Shown here: in pieces, positions 36,849 to 49,035 of the stretch
Layout of the letters: each line of letters begins with the position of its first letter
Position numbering within the stretch: position 1 is the stretch's first letter
Notes under the pieces: generated by a model
Databases searched by the model: none
The model's input: only the letters and a program-made list of their open reading frames with translations
Told to the model about the DNA's origin: nothing
Program-made: the position numbers and the translations under genes
Source of the DNA: Podarcis liolepis
Taxonomy: Eukaryota
NCBI GenBank assembly: GCA_965112155.1
Contig: OZ218103.1
Length of the DNA stretch: 64,000 bases
Reading direction: 5' to 3' (one strand)

Positions 36849-37170
36849 GCAAGCACATGCTCTATAGCTTCAATGTCTGCTTCAGTAAGCAGTTTGTGTT
36901 CTGAACTGTATTCGGTAAAAAATGCAGGACGCTGAGAACAAAGGGTTCTTTCTTCACCATGTTTGTCATGCATTTGATCTGGACAGTCTGTCAACAGGTT
37001 CTCCATCTCCATCATAAATCCTATTCCCTTCACAAAGATGCATCTACCGAGCCCTTTTCACACATGATCCTCCTATTAACTCTCTGCACTTCAGGCAAAT
37101 GCAGTGTTAAGTATTTCATACAAAAACCATACAGAGGACTAATTGATTACCCAAAACTCAGATTCCTTAC

Positions 37171-37213
<43 letters not shown>

Positions 37214-37326
37214 CACGGGTTTTAGCCCAGTGCACATTATTCTTCAAGAAAACCTTCCAATAACCAGGCATCTGTTTTGAATGGAGGACACTAATAATAT
37301 TACTAATACTATTTATATGACAAATA

Positions 37327-37470
37327 ATTCTGTGGCGCCTTGAGGACTAATTTTTATTAGGACACAAGTTTTCATGGATGACAAAATGTAGTCCACTATT
37401 TAGTGGATTACTCAGCCACAGTAGCGTATGTCATAATAAATTTGTTGGTTTTGAAAAGGTCCCACAAGAT
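37327..37470. mobile_element. Penelope-like element remnant in inverted arrangement
   Basis: TGTGGCGCCTTGAGGACTAA..TTTATT..CACAAGTTTTCATGG, with the reverse-oriented GTCATAATAAATTTGTTGGTTTTGAAAAGGTCCCACAAGA; similar to 43680-43797. Confidence 0.5.
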
Positions 37471-37548
37471 TGATACAGCAAAATCATATTGCTACCCATA
37501 TTATTTATATCCAAACAAGAAAAGTGTGGTTTAATACGGCTTACTTAC

Positions 37549-37675
37549 CAGGAAATAAAATCAATTTCCTGTTCAGATGCAGATGGAAATTGTGGCTTCC
37601 ACAAGCTCTGATAGAAGCACCAAAACTTGTAACTCAATGGAAAGATGACACTCATTCTCAGCTTAATAAGCAATG
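37549..37675 (-). other. Candidate exon (127 nt) with ATG-initiated frame MSVIFPLSYKFW...EIDFIS open to the donor
   Basis: Acceptor TTGGATTTCAG|, donor CTG|GTAAGT, ATG at 37655 (35 codons plus 2 nt). Confidence 0.2.
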
Positions 37676-37742
37676 CTGAAATCCAAGTATCATACTCTTG
37701 AGAAGATCCACTAACATTGGTAGACCCATTAGACCTAACTTA

Positions 37743-37821
37743 GGCTGCATTCAGACAACACTTCATTTCCTTTCCCCAATGTTTCCTTGCCTGTTAATGT
37801 CTGTTCTACATGGTCTTTCAT

Positions 37822-37858
<37 letters not shown>

Positions 37859-38148
37859 ACCCTACGTCTGGAAATCTGGCAAAATCTAGTGGAAGCTTAG
37901 TACTCACTTGTGTGAACTGTTTCCGGTGGGCGGGGAAAACCCTAGGGACTCCTAATATTGCAGGAGCTTTGTTCAAATAATGAAATTTTGGGCAGAATTT
38001 TGGCATTCCAGGCAGTGAATCATGGGAGAACAGAAGCACCCCCAAAGGGTGAGGGAGTAGCAATATCCCCAATGACGTTGAGTCCTTGTGCCACACCATG
38101 CCCAGTGGTGTGAATTAAATTTAATACACCCCATGTTTGAATGCAGCA
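37743..38148. mobile_element. PIF/Harbinger-type MITE containing an (ACA)n microsatellite
   Basis: TTA|GGCTGCATTCAGACA ... TGTTTGAATGCAGCA|TTA; (ACA)n at 37822-37858. Confidence 0.55.
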
Positions 38149-41100
38149 TTAGTCATACTCAGAGTATGACTTAGTGAGATGGTGTCCATTATTGTCTGAC
38201 CCAGTCCATTTGGGTTACCAATTTTTTTAAGCGGAGCTTCTTTATGATATGTGCTTAGGGTTTCCGAATGGTCAGCTGCTGGCATTGCTGTTTTCTTCAG
38301 CCCTACCTAAACAGTTGATTTCATCTCCCTGAAATATTTTTATAGGAATGGGACATTAGCTGAAACTGTAAGGTTCAACACAGATGCTTCCGCAAAAGGA
38401 CTGAATACAGCTCTTTGTAAATCCAAGTGTCACTCGCCTCAGAATAAAAAAACTGTGAGTTAAAAGGACTGCATATATTTGGGAAACACCCACCCACAGA
38501 GTGACTGAGAATTCAAATGGGCTTGGAGCGTTGCATATGGTCGCCTCATTGTTGTCTTGCAGCCTGGCCCTAGCCAATGGGCTTGGTCCCACCCCATTCA
38601 TAACTCAGAGGTTCTTACGTCAATGCATGAAAGCATAATAATGAGTCTGACTCAGTCTTTACCAAGAGACTCGGCTAGCCAGGTGAAGTCAGCAATCAAT
38701 CTGTTCATTTGCAGAACACAGCAGATGTTTACAGGGCCCCAGGAACAGTAGCAATACTTTTCATTTTTAATCTTTTCTACTAACAAGGCTCAGCCAGTGC
38801 AGAATTTGAAAGGTATTTTCTCCCATTTCCCCCAACTAACTCGTGAGTTTTTCTGCTAGTGTATAGGGTGAAGTTCTACTTTCATCAAGTTAAAATTTTC
38901 CAGAGTTGTGGGAAATAAATTGTTTTAATGGCAGCAGATGTCAAGGTAACATGCACGGAACGTCAGTGATATGCACCAATAAACGTATTTAAATCTGCAC
39001 AAACACTCGAACGGCACCTAGTTTGTAAGGTGAGTTCCTATCTTCTGTGTGTGCTTGCTGTTAGAACATACCCCTCAGAATAACTTCTTTGGCTAGCAGA
39101 ATACCTTATATTTTCCTTTGGTACATGATACAACTTTTGCTAGCATATACTGCTTGAGATTCTTAAAATTAGTATTTGGGAGGAAGATCTTCTGACATTT
39201 TACAAGCGTGCTTTTTAGCAACAAGGAAGCACAAATTTTGAAGCTAAGACTGAAAGGCACACCAACTCTTGAATCCAAATGACAGAAGCATATTCACACT
39301 CCCCACTCCATCCACAAGGACCTGATAAAATATTGGTCCCTAGTTTCAAAAGACAAGTCTCACTGCACAACACCATATGGTATATAGCTTATATAGGGTG
39401 TTGTACCAGTGACACTTGTCTTGTAAAAATAGGTACTATTATGGCTCAGCCATGCACTCTTTTGGCAACATTCATTTACTTTGCCTAGCTTTATATAGCA
39501 TACTCAATTTATACTGACTATTGATTACGTATTTTATACTGGGGCAGAAATTAGTTTTGCAGGAACAAACCCAGTGTTACGGGAATGTACTTTATTTCTG
39601 TTCCGTGCTCCGATAATTTTGTTTTTAACTAGGCTGTGTGTGCTCGCATGATGAAACAGGGTTTACTCATAAAATTTTAATCCTTTCAAGGCTTTATGTA
39701 ACAGATAACACTGGGAGCGAAAATGGCCTGTAGGAAGCAGGAAGAATATGAATTTGAGGGTGACTGATCCCACTAGCAGTGGACTTGTGCATTGTACACT
39801 TGCCTGCTTAGTGGGAAATAGCATATAATAAGATGGAAGGCAGAGTGAATACTCATGCCTTAGAGACTCCACTGCTGTAAAAGGAGGCTTCTTCAGAAAC
39901 AGGGATGCTGAGGACTGCACTCCCATTGCCTCTCCAGCGCTGTAACAGCTCTCTGCTCCCTGACTCAGTGGACCAAAGGCAGAATAGAACTTAGGTGTAT
40001 GGTACGACTTCACACTGTTGACTTTAACAATGGCACACTTACCATATGCATTGCTACTAGGTTGAAGTATTGGGTTTGAACGGTGAGCTTGTAATCCCTG
40101 TGCAGCTTCTAAGCTTCATTCTTGGTTTTGGACAACTAAACATTTCTGAGTCTAACCTACCCTGTTGATGTGTTACCATGCTGCACTAAACTCCATGTTC
40201 CAACTCCTCATTTAACCCATTACTCAAAATAACACATTATTACTTAGATGCCGCAAACAGCAAAACCAATGAACACATATGGGTAGGTCAATGACATAGC
40301 CCAAAGCAAGCAAATCATGCTATATGCACAATTTGGAAAAATAATTAGGTCATGAACTATTTGACCTGGGGTTTGCAGGGCACAGAAAGGGGATTTTCCT
40401 CTTCAGCTTCCCTGCTTCACATTATTAGTGAATGTTGTGGTGAGTATGAGCTCAAGTCAAGTTCTTTAAAGTTTATACATGTCTTTTTATTAGAAAAGCC
40501 ATTTGCAGTGGCTGAGAATTATTATTTTTTGGGTGGGGTAATATCAACCCTTACAGTATGCTTACTGTTATGCTTCTGTACTGCCCAAGCCAATAAACTA
40601 AAAAACCACTTGAAGGGAAAGAATAGTTTAATTATTATTGTTTGAAATAAATCACAAAATGAAATTTGTGCATGAGTCTACTCTTGTAATAATTCTTAAT
40701 ATTTATATAGTACTTTGAATACACTGTAAAGTGCTTTAAGCATTCAGTTGTAGATCAGCTGAATTATTCCCTGCAAAGTAGATCAGTATTATTATCCCTA
40801 TACTGCAGGTGAAAAGCTGAGAGAGAATGGCTTAAGATCACCTGAGTGATTTCTTGGCCGAGATGAGATTTTAAAGAGAAAAGTAGATTTGCTCTAATCT
40901 GAAACGAGGAAGAATCCTAAAAGTACTGAGAAATCCTCTTCTCAGAACAACATAGACATTTCAGCAGTGGCTTTCCATGTTTGAAGGATGGAACACTATT
41001 TATTTTCCTTTGCTGCTTATTCATGTTGTTTGTAAAATATAAGTGCTGTTGTTCATTTTGCAAAACCCTTTAAAAAATTCTCTTCTCTGGGATGCCAGGC

Positions 41101-42165
41101 GGCAGAAACAAAACAACAACAACCACCTCCAATTTATTTATTGTTTGTTTCCTGCCTTTCTTCCAATGAAGTGGAGCGCTGATGACTGAAGTTCACATAC
41201 TAAAGCAAAACACTAGACACAAGGCAGGTCTGGGATGGAGAACCTCCACCATCAGAATTAAAAATTGGCAGGAAGGTACTTCAAACCAAAACTAATAGAC
41301 TGTGTCCGTAGAAACCTAAGTTTCCACCTAGCAGTGCTTGGTGCTGACTGTTGTCTGGGCTGATGTCCTAGAGATGTCCCCCAAAAGAGTCTGCTCTCAT
41401 AAGAGTCTGGACCATAAACTCTATGGACATGGTTCCCTGATGCTTCAGTTATGTCAGCTATTGGCCACTTAACCAGGGCAGACTTCAATTCTTTGCAAGG
41501 GTTTATGCCAGAGAAATACAAACAAGACTTCAAAACTCATTGGTATGACCAATGAATGCTTATGAGCCTTCCAAATATTCAAAGGACACCAAACCCTTTA
41601 CTCGGGTGTGCTTTGGATCTGGGCAAACATTAAATAGGGAAAGCTCCTGAGACCTGTGAAAAGGTTAGTTGAATGGGACAAGGCAAACCACAATTTTATT
41701 ATAGCTAAAACACTCTGCAATGTCCACAGGGACAAAGAAAAATCTTGCTGAATTCAGGACTATGGAGAAGCAGCAACATCATAGAAAACTGGGCTAAAGG
41801 TTCCAAAGGGACTGAAGAACCAAATTTGGGCTCCATGTGGGAAACTGGTAGACAATGGGGGGAGGGGTTAACAACTTCATTCCGACCAGGAAATAACTGG
41901 CATGTGGGTTATCTAAGATGGGTTCCCTTCTGTTACAGAGAAGAACACATCATAACTCTTGAACACTAATAATATCCTGGGGTGAGGAGGAACCCTGACC
42001 CAAACTTTCCAGCAAGATACTTTTAAAGATATGGAATGTCTATTTGCATGGGTCAACTAGCAAGAAACCGTTGAGCCAATGACATTACACACAGAGAACA
42101 ATTCTAACCACGTCTAGTCAGAAATCAGTCCTACTGAATTTAATAGGACTTACTCCCACATAGGT

Positions 42166-42278
42166 TAAGGTTACCAGATTTTTTTCAATGAATCCGGGGA
42201 CAGTTTTCAACTTCCTACTAAATAGATGGATTTTGTCAGGGGGCTGATTTGTAAATCCGGGGACGTCTGGTAACCTTA
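42166..42278. mobile_element. hAT-type MITE (TAAGGTTACCAGA termini) nested in an older palindromic element
   Basis: Perfect 13-bp TIRs TAAGGTTACCAGA / TCTGGTAACCTTA; degraded 8-bp TSD ACATAGGT / ACTTAAGT; iterated AATCCGGGGAC. Confidence 0.8.
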
Positions 42279-43679
42279 ACTTAAGTTGAGTTATTATTTC
42301 AGCCTTAGTAGGGCAGACAGGGTCTGACTGGGATAGCCAACAAGTACTATCTGGTACTTCTCAGCCTTCAGATAGATACTATTAAAAGCAGACCCCTTAA
42401 GGACATATTGCTACTAATCAGAAGATATGACTTTTGGGGGAGGGGCTAAGTGAATCAAAATAAAAGTGAGCAATGTGGTATGGAGATGATAACTGCAATT
42501 AATAATAAATAATAATAATAATAATAATTACTACTACTATTACAACATGTAGGGAGAGAGGGAGTGGTCTGCTTATTTTCATGCATGTACAGCTGCAACA
42601 TGATTTGGCACATTGGCACTTTAAATAACACACACACTGCAATTGTCCACCTTGCTGCAGTTTGGCTACAGGTCTCACTGCTGCAGTTTGTCCCACTGCA
42701 GCATTTCAGCCAGTGGCTTTTGCTGACATCATATTCATTGGTACTGAAATGGGTAACATTTCAGGACTGGCTGTAAATTTCAGCTGTGACCTCCAACGAA
42801 ACAAAACTTGGTGATGCAAGTTTTTCCTCTATAGAGATTTATTCTTTTTTCTTGAGTCAAGATTACAGATTTTTGCATCACAAGCTGTTTGGCACTGGGC
42901 TGCAAGATAATTGTACCTAGATTTACTGCAGCTTCTCTAAAACCCTTACCCACATCACTGAAAAACCTAGCAGAAGTTTAGTGGACAGGCTAACTTAAAT
43001 CTGAAAAATCTACCAGAAACTTCATAATCAAAGGCCTGCAAAACGCAAAACATGAACCAACCAATGTACTGGTGCATTTAGTTAAAATTGTGGCTGTTTC
43101 TCTCCTCCCCCTGATCCTGTTAGTACTGTGCTATTAGGGGCCAAGGCATGGTTTGGGCTTAGCGCTACAAGCTCACTCCAAACAAGCTACAAACTGCAAC
43201 TAAGGTTTGTTCTTGGCTTACAGTTCATGGTTTGTTTGAAGTGATAAGCACCACAAACCTGGGTTTGCACACAACTATAAGGCAAAATATTGCTTATTGA
43301 TATCCATCTAGCTGCCATACCCTGATAAAAACATTCTAAATTTCACAAACATTATGCACATTCAAAGTTCCAACTTGTTTCAAATCAAAAATAACTCTAT
43401 AGATTACTAAACCTTCAACATAAATATTAAGACACATATTAAGTGACTGAAACACACTTGTGCAAAAAATATTTAGGGACACAAATCAATATCCTGCAAA
43501 TTTTAGCTGTTGTTACGTTTATGTCCCTTAAACCTGCAGGTGTAACTTTAAACGCAGGGGCAATGGCAAATTGGGGGGGGGGGTCGTTCTCATGCCTACC
43601 CATGAGTTGCAAAGAGAGAAGTACTCCCAATAAGAAAATATGCAGATATGCTTAATTTGAAAGATTTACACATGTCAGA

Positions 43680-43797
43680 ATCCAGAGGGATTATCGTGTT
43701 AGCATGTTGCAGTAAAACAGTCTTGTGGAACCTTAAAGACTCACAGATCTACTGAGGCACAAGCTTTTGTGAGCTTGTCCACCTCATCCAATACACA
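43680..43797. mobile_element. Penelope-like element terminal fragment
   Basis: CGTGTTAGCATGTTGCAG..AGTCTTGTGGAACCTTAAAGACTCACAGAT..GGCACAAGCTTTTGTG, a typical reptile Penelope terminus. Confidence 0.6.
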
Positions 43798-45053
43798 AAG
43801 TGTCCTCGTGTCTATATTATATGTTCACGAGTAATGGAGGGAGAATTGTAGAGTCAAATAGTCATGAAATATCAAGGAGTAGCTAAAATTCAATTGAAGC
43901 CTAAATGTATGCAAAATTAACAGAGTGACCATTTGCAACAGCAGTAGTTAGGTGGTTACGTTAATTAACCCCCTTTAGTGGGTTAGGAAGCCATTGTCTC
44001 CATTCAAACCCAAACAGATACAGAATTAAACTTCTTGGACTCCAGAGCTGGCTGGCGGCTTTCAGTCTGCTTTGAGGAGCCGCAAGGCCAGGCTCTGCCA
44101 AGCTCAAGACGATTCCCAGAACTTACTGCCCCAGACCCTTGCCAGTAACAGCTCTCAATTAAACTTTAGGACTAAAAGCTCAAGCTCTTCTGACTGCGAA
44201 AACCCTGTCCCTCACTATCTCAAGGAGCCAAGGAGCCGCCATCCAGAGATTTATATGTCAAAACCAAGTCATTAAAAACAACAACCAGTGGCTAACTGGG
44301 CACCAGCAAAGACACATGCAAATCTGGTGCAAAGCTAAAAATTAACTAAAGAATGTTAATTGATTAACTGTAGGAGTGTTAGTTGCTCAATTAGTCAATC
44401 AATTACATTTGCATAAATCTGCATATGGCATTTTGGAATCAGTAAGCATGATTTCTGTTTCTAGGTGGTGAACAAGTGTGTGTTAGTAAGCATCTTAGAA
44501 GAGGAGTTCCTCCAGCATGAGAGAAGGAAGATAACAGGCACCAACTCTAAGGGGCCAAGATCCCTTCAGTTTGGGGGGCCCCAACTGACGTTCTGAGCTG
44601 CCCCAGTCTCCTTCTCCACCACATGAGAACGCATGTAAGGCACCCAATGGCTTACCACCCTCCCTCTCTCCCTGGCTGTCCTCCCTTCTCTCCTCCCCTC
44701 TGGTGGCCTTGGTCTGGACTCAGCTCCCCATGAGCCCCCCGCCATCCCCTGGCAAGCCCCCCGACTCAGCCTCTTAGTGCCAGCGCCAGCCCGGGCAGCG
44801 CTGCCTCCTGCGCCCAGCTGCCTAGACCTTGGAAGAGCCAGGCAAGGGAGGAAGGCGATACAGCCTCTGTCAGGCTAGGAGGTCTCATTCAGGGATGCAC
44901 TCACTTGGCTCTGACCTCCCTCCCTCTGTCCTTTTGGTGACCTTCTGGACCACTGGAAAAGATTGCGTCTTTTACAAAGGTACTTGCAGATTTTAAAAAT
45001 ACTTATATTTAAAAACAGTATTATTATTATTACTACTACTACTACTACTACTA

Positions 45054-45340
45054 CAGTGGTACCTCGCAAGACGAATGTCTCGCAAGACGAAAAACGCGCA
45101 AGACGAAAGAGTTTTCCGTTTTTTGAGTCGTTTCGCAAGACGAATTTCCCTATGGGCTTGCTTCGCAAGACGAAACGTCTTGCGAGTTCGTTTCCTTTTT
45201 CTTAAAGCCGCTAAGCCGTTAATAGCCGCTAAGCCGTTAATAGCCCCTAAGCCGCTAATAGCCGTGCTTCGCAAGACGAAAAAACCGCAAGACGAAGAGA
45301 CTCGCGGAACGGATTAATTTCGTTTTGCGAAGCACCACTG
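45054..45340. mobile_element. Young Tigger/pogo-like MITE, CGCAAGACGAA subfamily
   Basis: TA|CAGTGGTACCTCGCAAGACGAA ... TTCGTTTTGCGAAGCACCACTG|TA; seven direct CGCAAGACGAA copies; inserted at the end of a (TAT)n(TAC)n microsatellite. Confidence 0.9.
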
Positions 45341-45559
45341 TACTATATCATGTCCAATAGGATTAACTTTAAGTCAACTGAAATAATCTACACAACAAAA
45401 TGTTGCAGCTCTACTTAAAATATCTGATTTGGAAAACAAAGAACAAAATGAGGAAACACCTTTCGGAGTCAGTCAATATTCCGAATGCTACAAGAATTAC
45501 GCAACTTACCTTTGCAAGGTGTAGGTGCACAAAGCAAGAAAGTGCGAGGAGCTTAAGTG

Positions 45560-45688
45560 TGATGCTGTATTGTTTTTAATATTCGGTTGGAAGCCGCCCA
45601 GAGTGGCTGGGGAAGCTCAGCCAGATGGGCGGGGTATAAATAATAATATATTACTTTTATTGTTATTGTTATTGTTATTGATATTGTT
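45560..45688 (+). mobile_element. 3' end of L2-like LINE
   Basis: GGAAGCCGCCCAGAGTGGCTGGGGAAGCTCAGCCAGATGGGCGGGGTATAAATAATAA plus a TAT/TGT tail. Confidence 0.8.
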
Positions 45689-46319
45689 AGTAAATCCCAA
45701 AGTGGTAACCCTCAAAGCTGGCCTGGAGGAAATTAAATTAAGGATCGGGTGTAATAAACCAATAGGCACATTAGTATGAATATTGATTCTTATTCTCACG
45801 ACAAGCAAACTTGACAAAGCAGCACTGGGGATATTCTTTATATAAGAATCCTCAACAACAGCCTTGTAGAAGTTAGGAGCAACTGTCAAAAGGCACAACC
45901 TATGTAGAAAATGAGAAAGTGTTTGATGTATGGGAAGAATACTTTAAGGCGAATTCCATCTACTTACTCATTTAAGGACCGACCCTGTCACCAGAAATTC
46001 ACAGCTACTTTAAGTAGCTGAAAAATCAGAAGTGCCTTTCCGTTTCTCCACACAAGCAGCCATCAAAGGACCAGAGCCATTCCAGGGTTACTTGAATACC
46101 ATTTGGGAGAAACTGAATAGCAGCACGATCACTATAGCTTGCATGAAGGACCAAGTCCAAGATTTTTGGTCCGTGGAAGAATAGTTCAAAGGACGAATAT
46201 GTGTATAAGAAAAATATCTGACATAATATTGGGGGCAACTCTACAGTCTGATTTTGAACTGCCCCTTCCCCAGTAGAATCCTGTTTAAAGGAGCTTGACA
46301 GCAGATACATACAATAGGA

Positions 46320-46460
46320 CCACCTTTCCCAAAGTGGTGTCCTTCAGGTACTGTTGGGACTGCAACTCCCATCATCCCTGACCATTGGGCATGCTGGCTG
46401 AGGCTGACGAGAGTTGGGAGTCCCAACAATATCTGGAGGGCACCAGCTTGGGGAAGGCTG
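46320..46460. mobile_element. hAT-type MITE (GGACTACAACTCCC family)
   Basis: Palindromic core TGTTGGGACTGCAACTCCCATCA ... GAGAGTTGGGAGTCCCAACA; ends GGGGAAGGCTG. Confidence 0.75.
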
Positions 46461-46687
46461 CACCAGGGGAATTTAATTGCCAAGAGATCACGCCAACATA
46501 TTAAATAACCCTTTAAAAGTTGATAAGCTGGATAGGAAGGGAACAAAATGAGAGATGGACATGACATGTTTGCCAGCCAATCAGAAAATTATTTCCCCGT
46601 TCTAAAGGACACTCTGACTATCAATATGAGATCTAAGTTTCTGCATTGAAACACTTCACAGCAACGAGTTCCAACAATATCCATATA

Positions 46688-46902
46688 CAGTGGTACCTCG
46701 GGTTACATACGCTTCAGGTTACAGACTCTGCTAACCCAGAAATAGTACCTCGGGTTAAGAACTTTGCTTCAGGATGAGAACAGAAATCGTGCAGCGGCAG
46801 CAGGAGGCCCCATTAGCTAAAGTGGTGCTTCAGGTTAAGAACAGTTTCAGGTTAAGAACAGACCTCCAGAACGAATTAAGTTCTTAACCTGAGGTACCAC
46901 TG
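46688..46902. mobile_element. Tigger/pogo-like MITE with both TIRs (215 bp)
   Basis: TA|CAGTGGTACCTCGGGTTA ... TAACCTGAGGTACCACTG|TA. Confidence 0.92.
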
Positions 46903-47000
46903 TACCGAATGTTGTCTTCCTCCTTTCTAGTGGAAATGGCTTAACCATTTGGGAGTTCACCAAATCCCATTTTGCTAGAAAGCAATACACACGATTCACA

Positions 47001-47002
<2 letters not shown>

Positions 47003-47076
<74 letters not shown>
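47003..47076. repeat. (TC)n(AC)n compound microsatellite
   Basis: Directly visible. Confidence 0.95.
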
Positions 47077-47078
<2 letters not shown>

Positions 47079-47195
47079 CTCCAGTGGTGGCAAATAAATG
47101 CGGCTTAGCTCATCCTCCACTGTTGACGTGTGTCACCATCAGCACACTTGGTAGGAATGGTGTGGGAAGGGGTTCTCCTTGGGTAGCGATGTATG

Positions 47196-47718
47196 TGTCA
47201 GGGACTGGACGAAGAAGAAGGATGGTGCAAGGCAACAGTCAGGAACCCCCCAAAGGAAATCCCAGAGCCCAGGGTTTGATGATGGGATGCTGAGGAGAGC
47301 GGGAAGATTGGCAGGAGGAGCTGGATACTGAAGGGACAACAGGGTTTAGTGAGCAGGAGAAACCTGTGATGAGGAATAGTTCAAACTTTGAGGCTGAAGC
47401 AGAGAGGTGGGGGTCAAGAGACTGCTGAAGAATCTCTGGCTGCAACAAGCTTCCCTTCCCTCTAGTCTTCAAGAACACACAGGATAATGAGGAGAGCAGG
47501 CTTGGATCATAGGTGGGCAGAAACAGTTTGCTACTGCTTGGGAAACATCCAGGACAGGAGGAGCCTTAGAAAGGGTGGAAGGCAGGGACCTTCAGCCCTG
47601 GCAACTATTCTGTAGGGGTAAGACCTACTGGGAAGTGCTGCTGAGTTGTACGCAACAACTTCACTGACACCTGACTCTGCTTCTCCGTCCTGACCGACAT
47701 CTGACTCTAGCCCTGACA
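47196..47718. mobile_element. Solo LTR (523 bp), probably Gypsy-type
   Basis: TGTCAGGG ... CCCTGACA inverted termini (TG..CA); perfect 5-bp TSD GTATG at 47191-47195 and 47719-47723. Confidence 0.85.
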
Positions 47719-48055
47719 GTATGCAGGGAAAACTCCTCCATGCAGGGAGGGACTCTAGCCCAATGAGTGTTCCTCCCCACCAGAAGGAGTTCTCTCCCTC
47801 TATAAGCAAGGACAACCCTTTTGAACACCGTTAGGATGCACAGATGGGCAAGCAGGTGCTTCCACCACATGCATGAGCAGCACGTGGCATGTCAGTGGCT
47901 GGGCCAATCCACATGGTCCTTCTCACTCCATTGTTCACTATGGAGAGGGGGTGGTCATTTCGTGTGAACACCCTCTAAATGAACCAGGTTCCTCTTTCCT
48001 TCTTTCTCAACTGCACTCCCACAGAAGTTTATGTGGCTCTCCTATTTCTATTATA

Positions 48056-48401
48056 GGGACGCGGGTGGCGCTGTGGGTTAAACCACAGAGCCTAGGGCTT
48101 GCAGATCAGAAGGTTGGCGGTTCGAATCCCCGCGATGGGGTGAGCTCCCGTTGCTCGGTCCCTGCTCCTGCCAACCTACCAGTTCGAAAGCACGTCAAAG
48201 CGCAAATAGATAAATAGGTACCGCTCCGGCGGGAAGGTAAACAGCGTTTCTGTGCGCTGCTCTGGTTCGCCAGAAGCGGCTTAGTCATGCTGGCCACATG
48301 ACCCAGAAGCTGTACGCCGGCTCCCTCGGCCAGTAAAGCGAGATGAGCGCCGCAACCCCAGAGTTGTCCGCAACTGGATCTAATGGTCCCTTTACCTTTT
48401 A
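48056..48401 (+). mobile_element. Sauria SINE, full length
   Basis: Colinear with 19264-19613; near-TSD CCTATTTCTATTATA / CCTATTTCTTATA. Confidence 0.95.
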
Positions 48402-49021
48402 CCTATTTCTTATATCCGACAACCTCACTGGATAAATACTTACCACTGAACGTCGTGATCGAAATGCACATACCCTTATCCGCCCAAGCACTGTCCCTAT
48501 CAACTCAAAGGAATGACCATCAGCTCAGAAGAACCATGCATGCAAGCGTAAATGACTGGCACCGTCAGGCAAACTATTTGGCATTTTGACTGTTAACATT
48601 TCATTTAAGAGCAACCAAAAAATAAATAAAATGGCAACAAGGAATAAAACCTCCCTTCCTTCTCCAGGCTGTCACTCTGTGATAATAAGGAAGAATCTTT
48701 GGCAGAAACTGAGAAATTCACACCTTTTGAGAGGTGGGGAGGAGGGGGTGAGAGGAATCTGGTTTGCAAAAAAGGATAGTGGCTTGAGCCACAAGCCTAA
48801 CTGGACTTTCTCCACACTGGTCTGTGAAATCCAAAACAGGTTTTTCCCTCTCTTTGGAAGATTTTGTTTTGGAATGCCAGTAATTCTAGTGGCAAGAACA
48901 GCAGCTTTATGTTCAGAAATGAGCCAGCTGGAGAGCTGCAGCCCTCATGAAATAATGAAATGCCAAACCAACCCCTGCATCTTCCACAGTCTCTCAGGTC
49001 ACCTACCAGATTAGAAGGCCT

Positions 49022-49035
49022 GTTGCTAAGGCAAC
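49022..49035. promoter_or_regulatory. RFX X-box-like motif
   Basis: GTTGCTAAGGCAAC matches the palindromic RFX consensus GTTGCCATGGCAAC and lies in apparently repeat-free DNA. Confidence 0.3.

Noticed and set aside
44536-44880. GC-rich patch as a CpG-island promoter
   Set aside because: It is short, has few CpGs and starts with a hAT-like CAGGCACCAAC terminus, so it is more likely a transposon interior.
44875-45317. Four overlapping Arg/Lys-rich ORFs and regularly repeated CGCAAGACGAA (superficially CRISPR- or iteron-like)
   Set aside because: These are internal repeats of a TA-flanked MITE. The repeats are 11 bp with irregular spacing, the DNA is eukaryotic and there are no cas genes.
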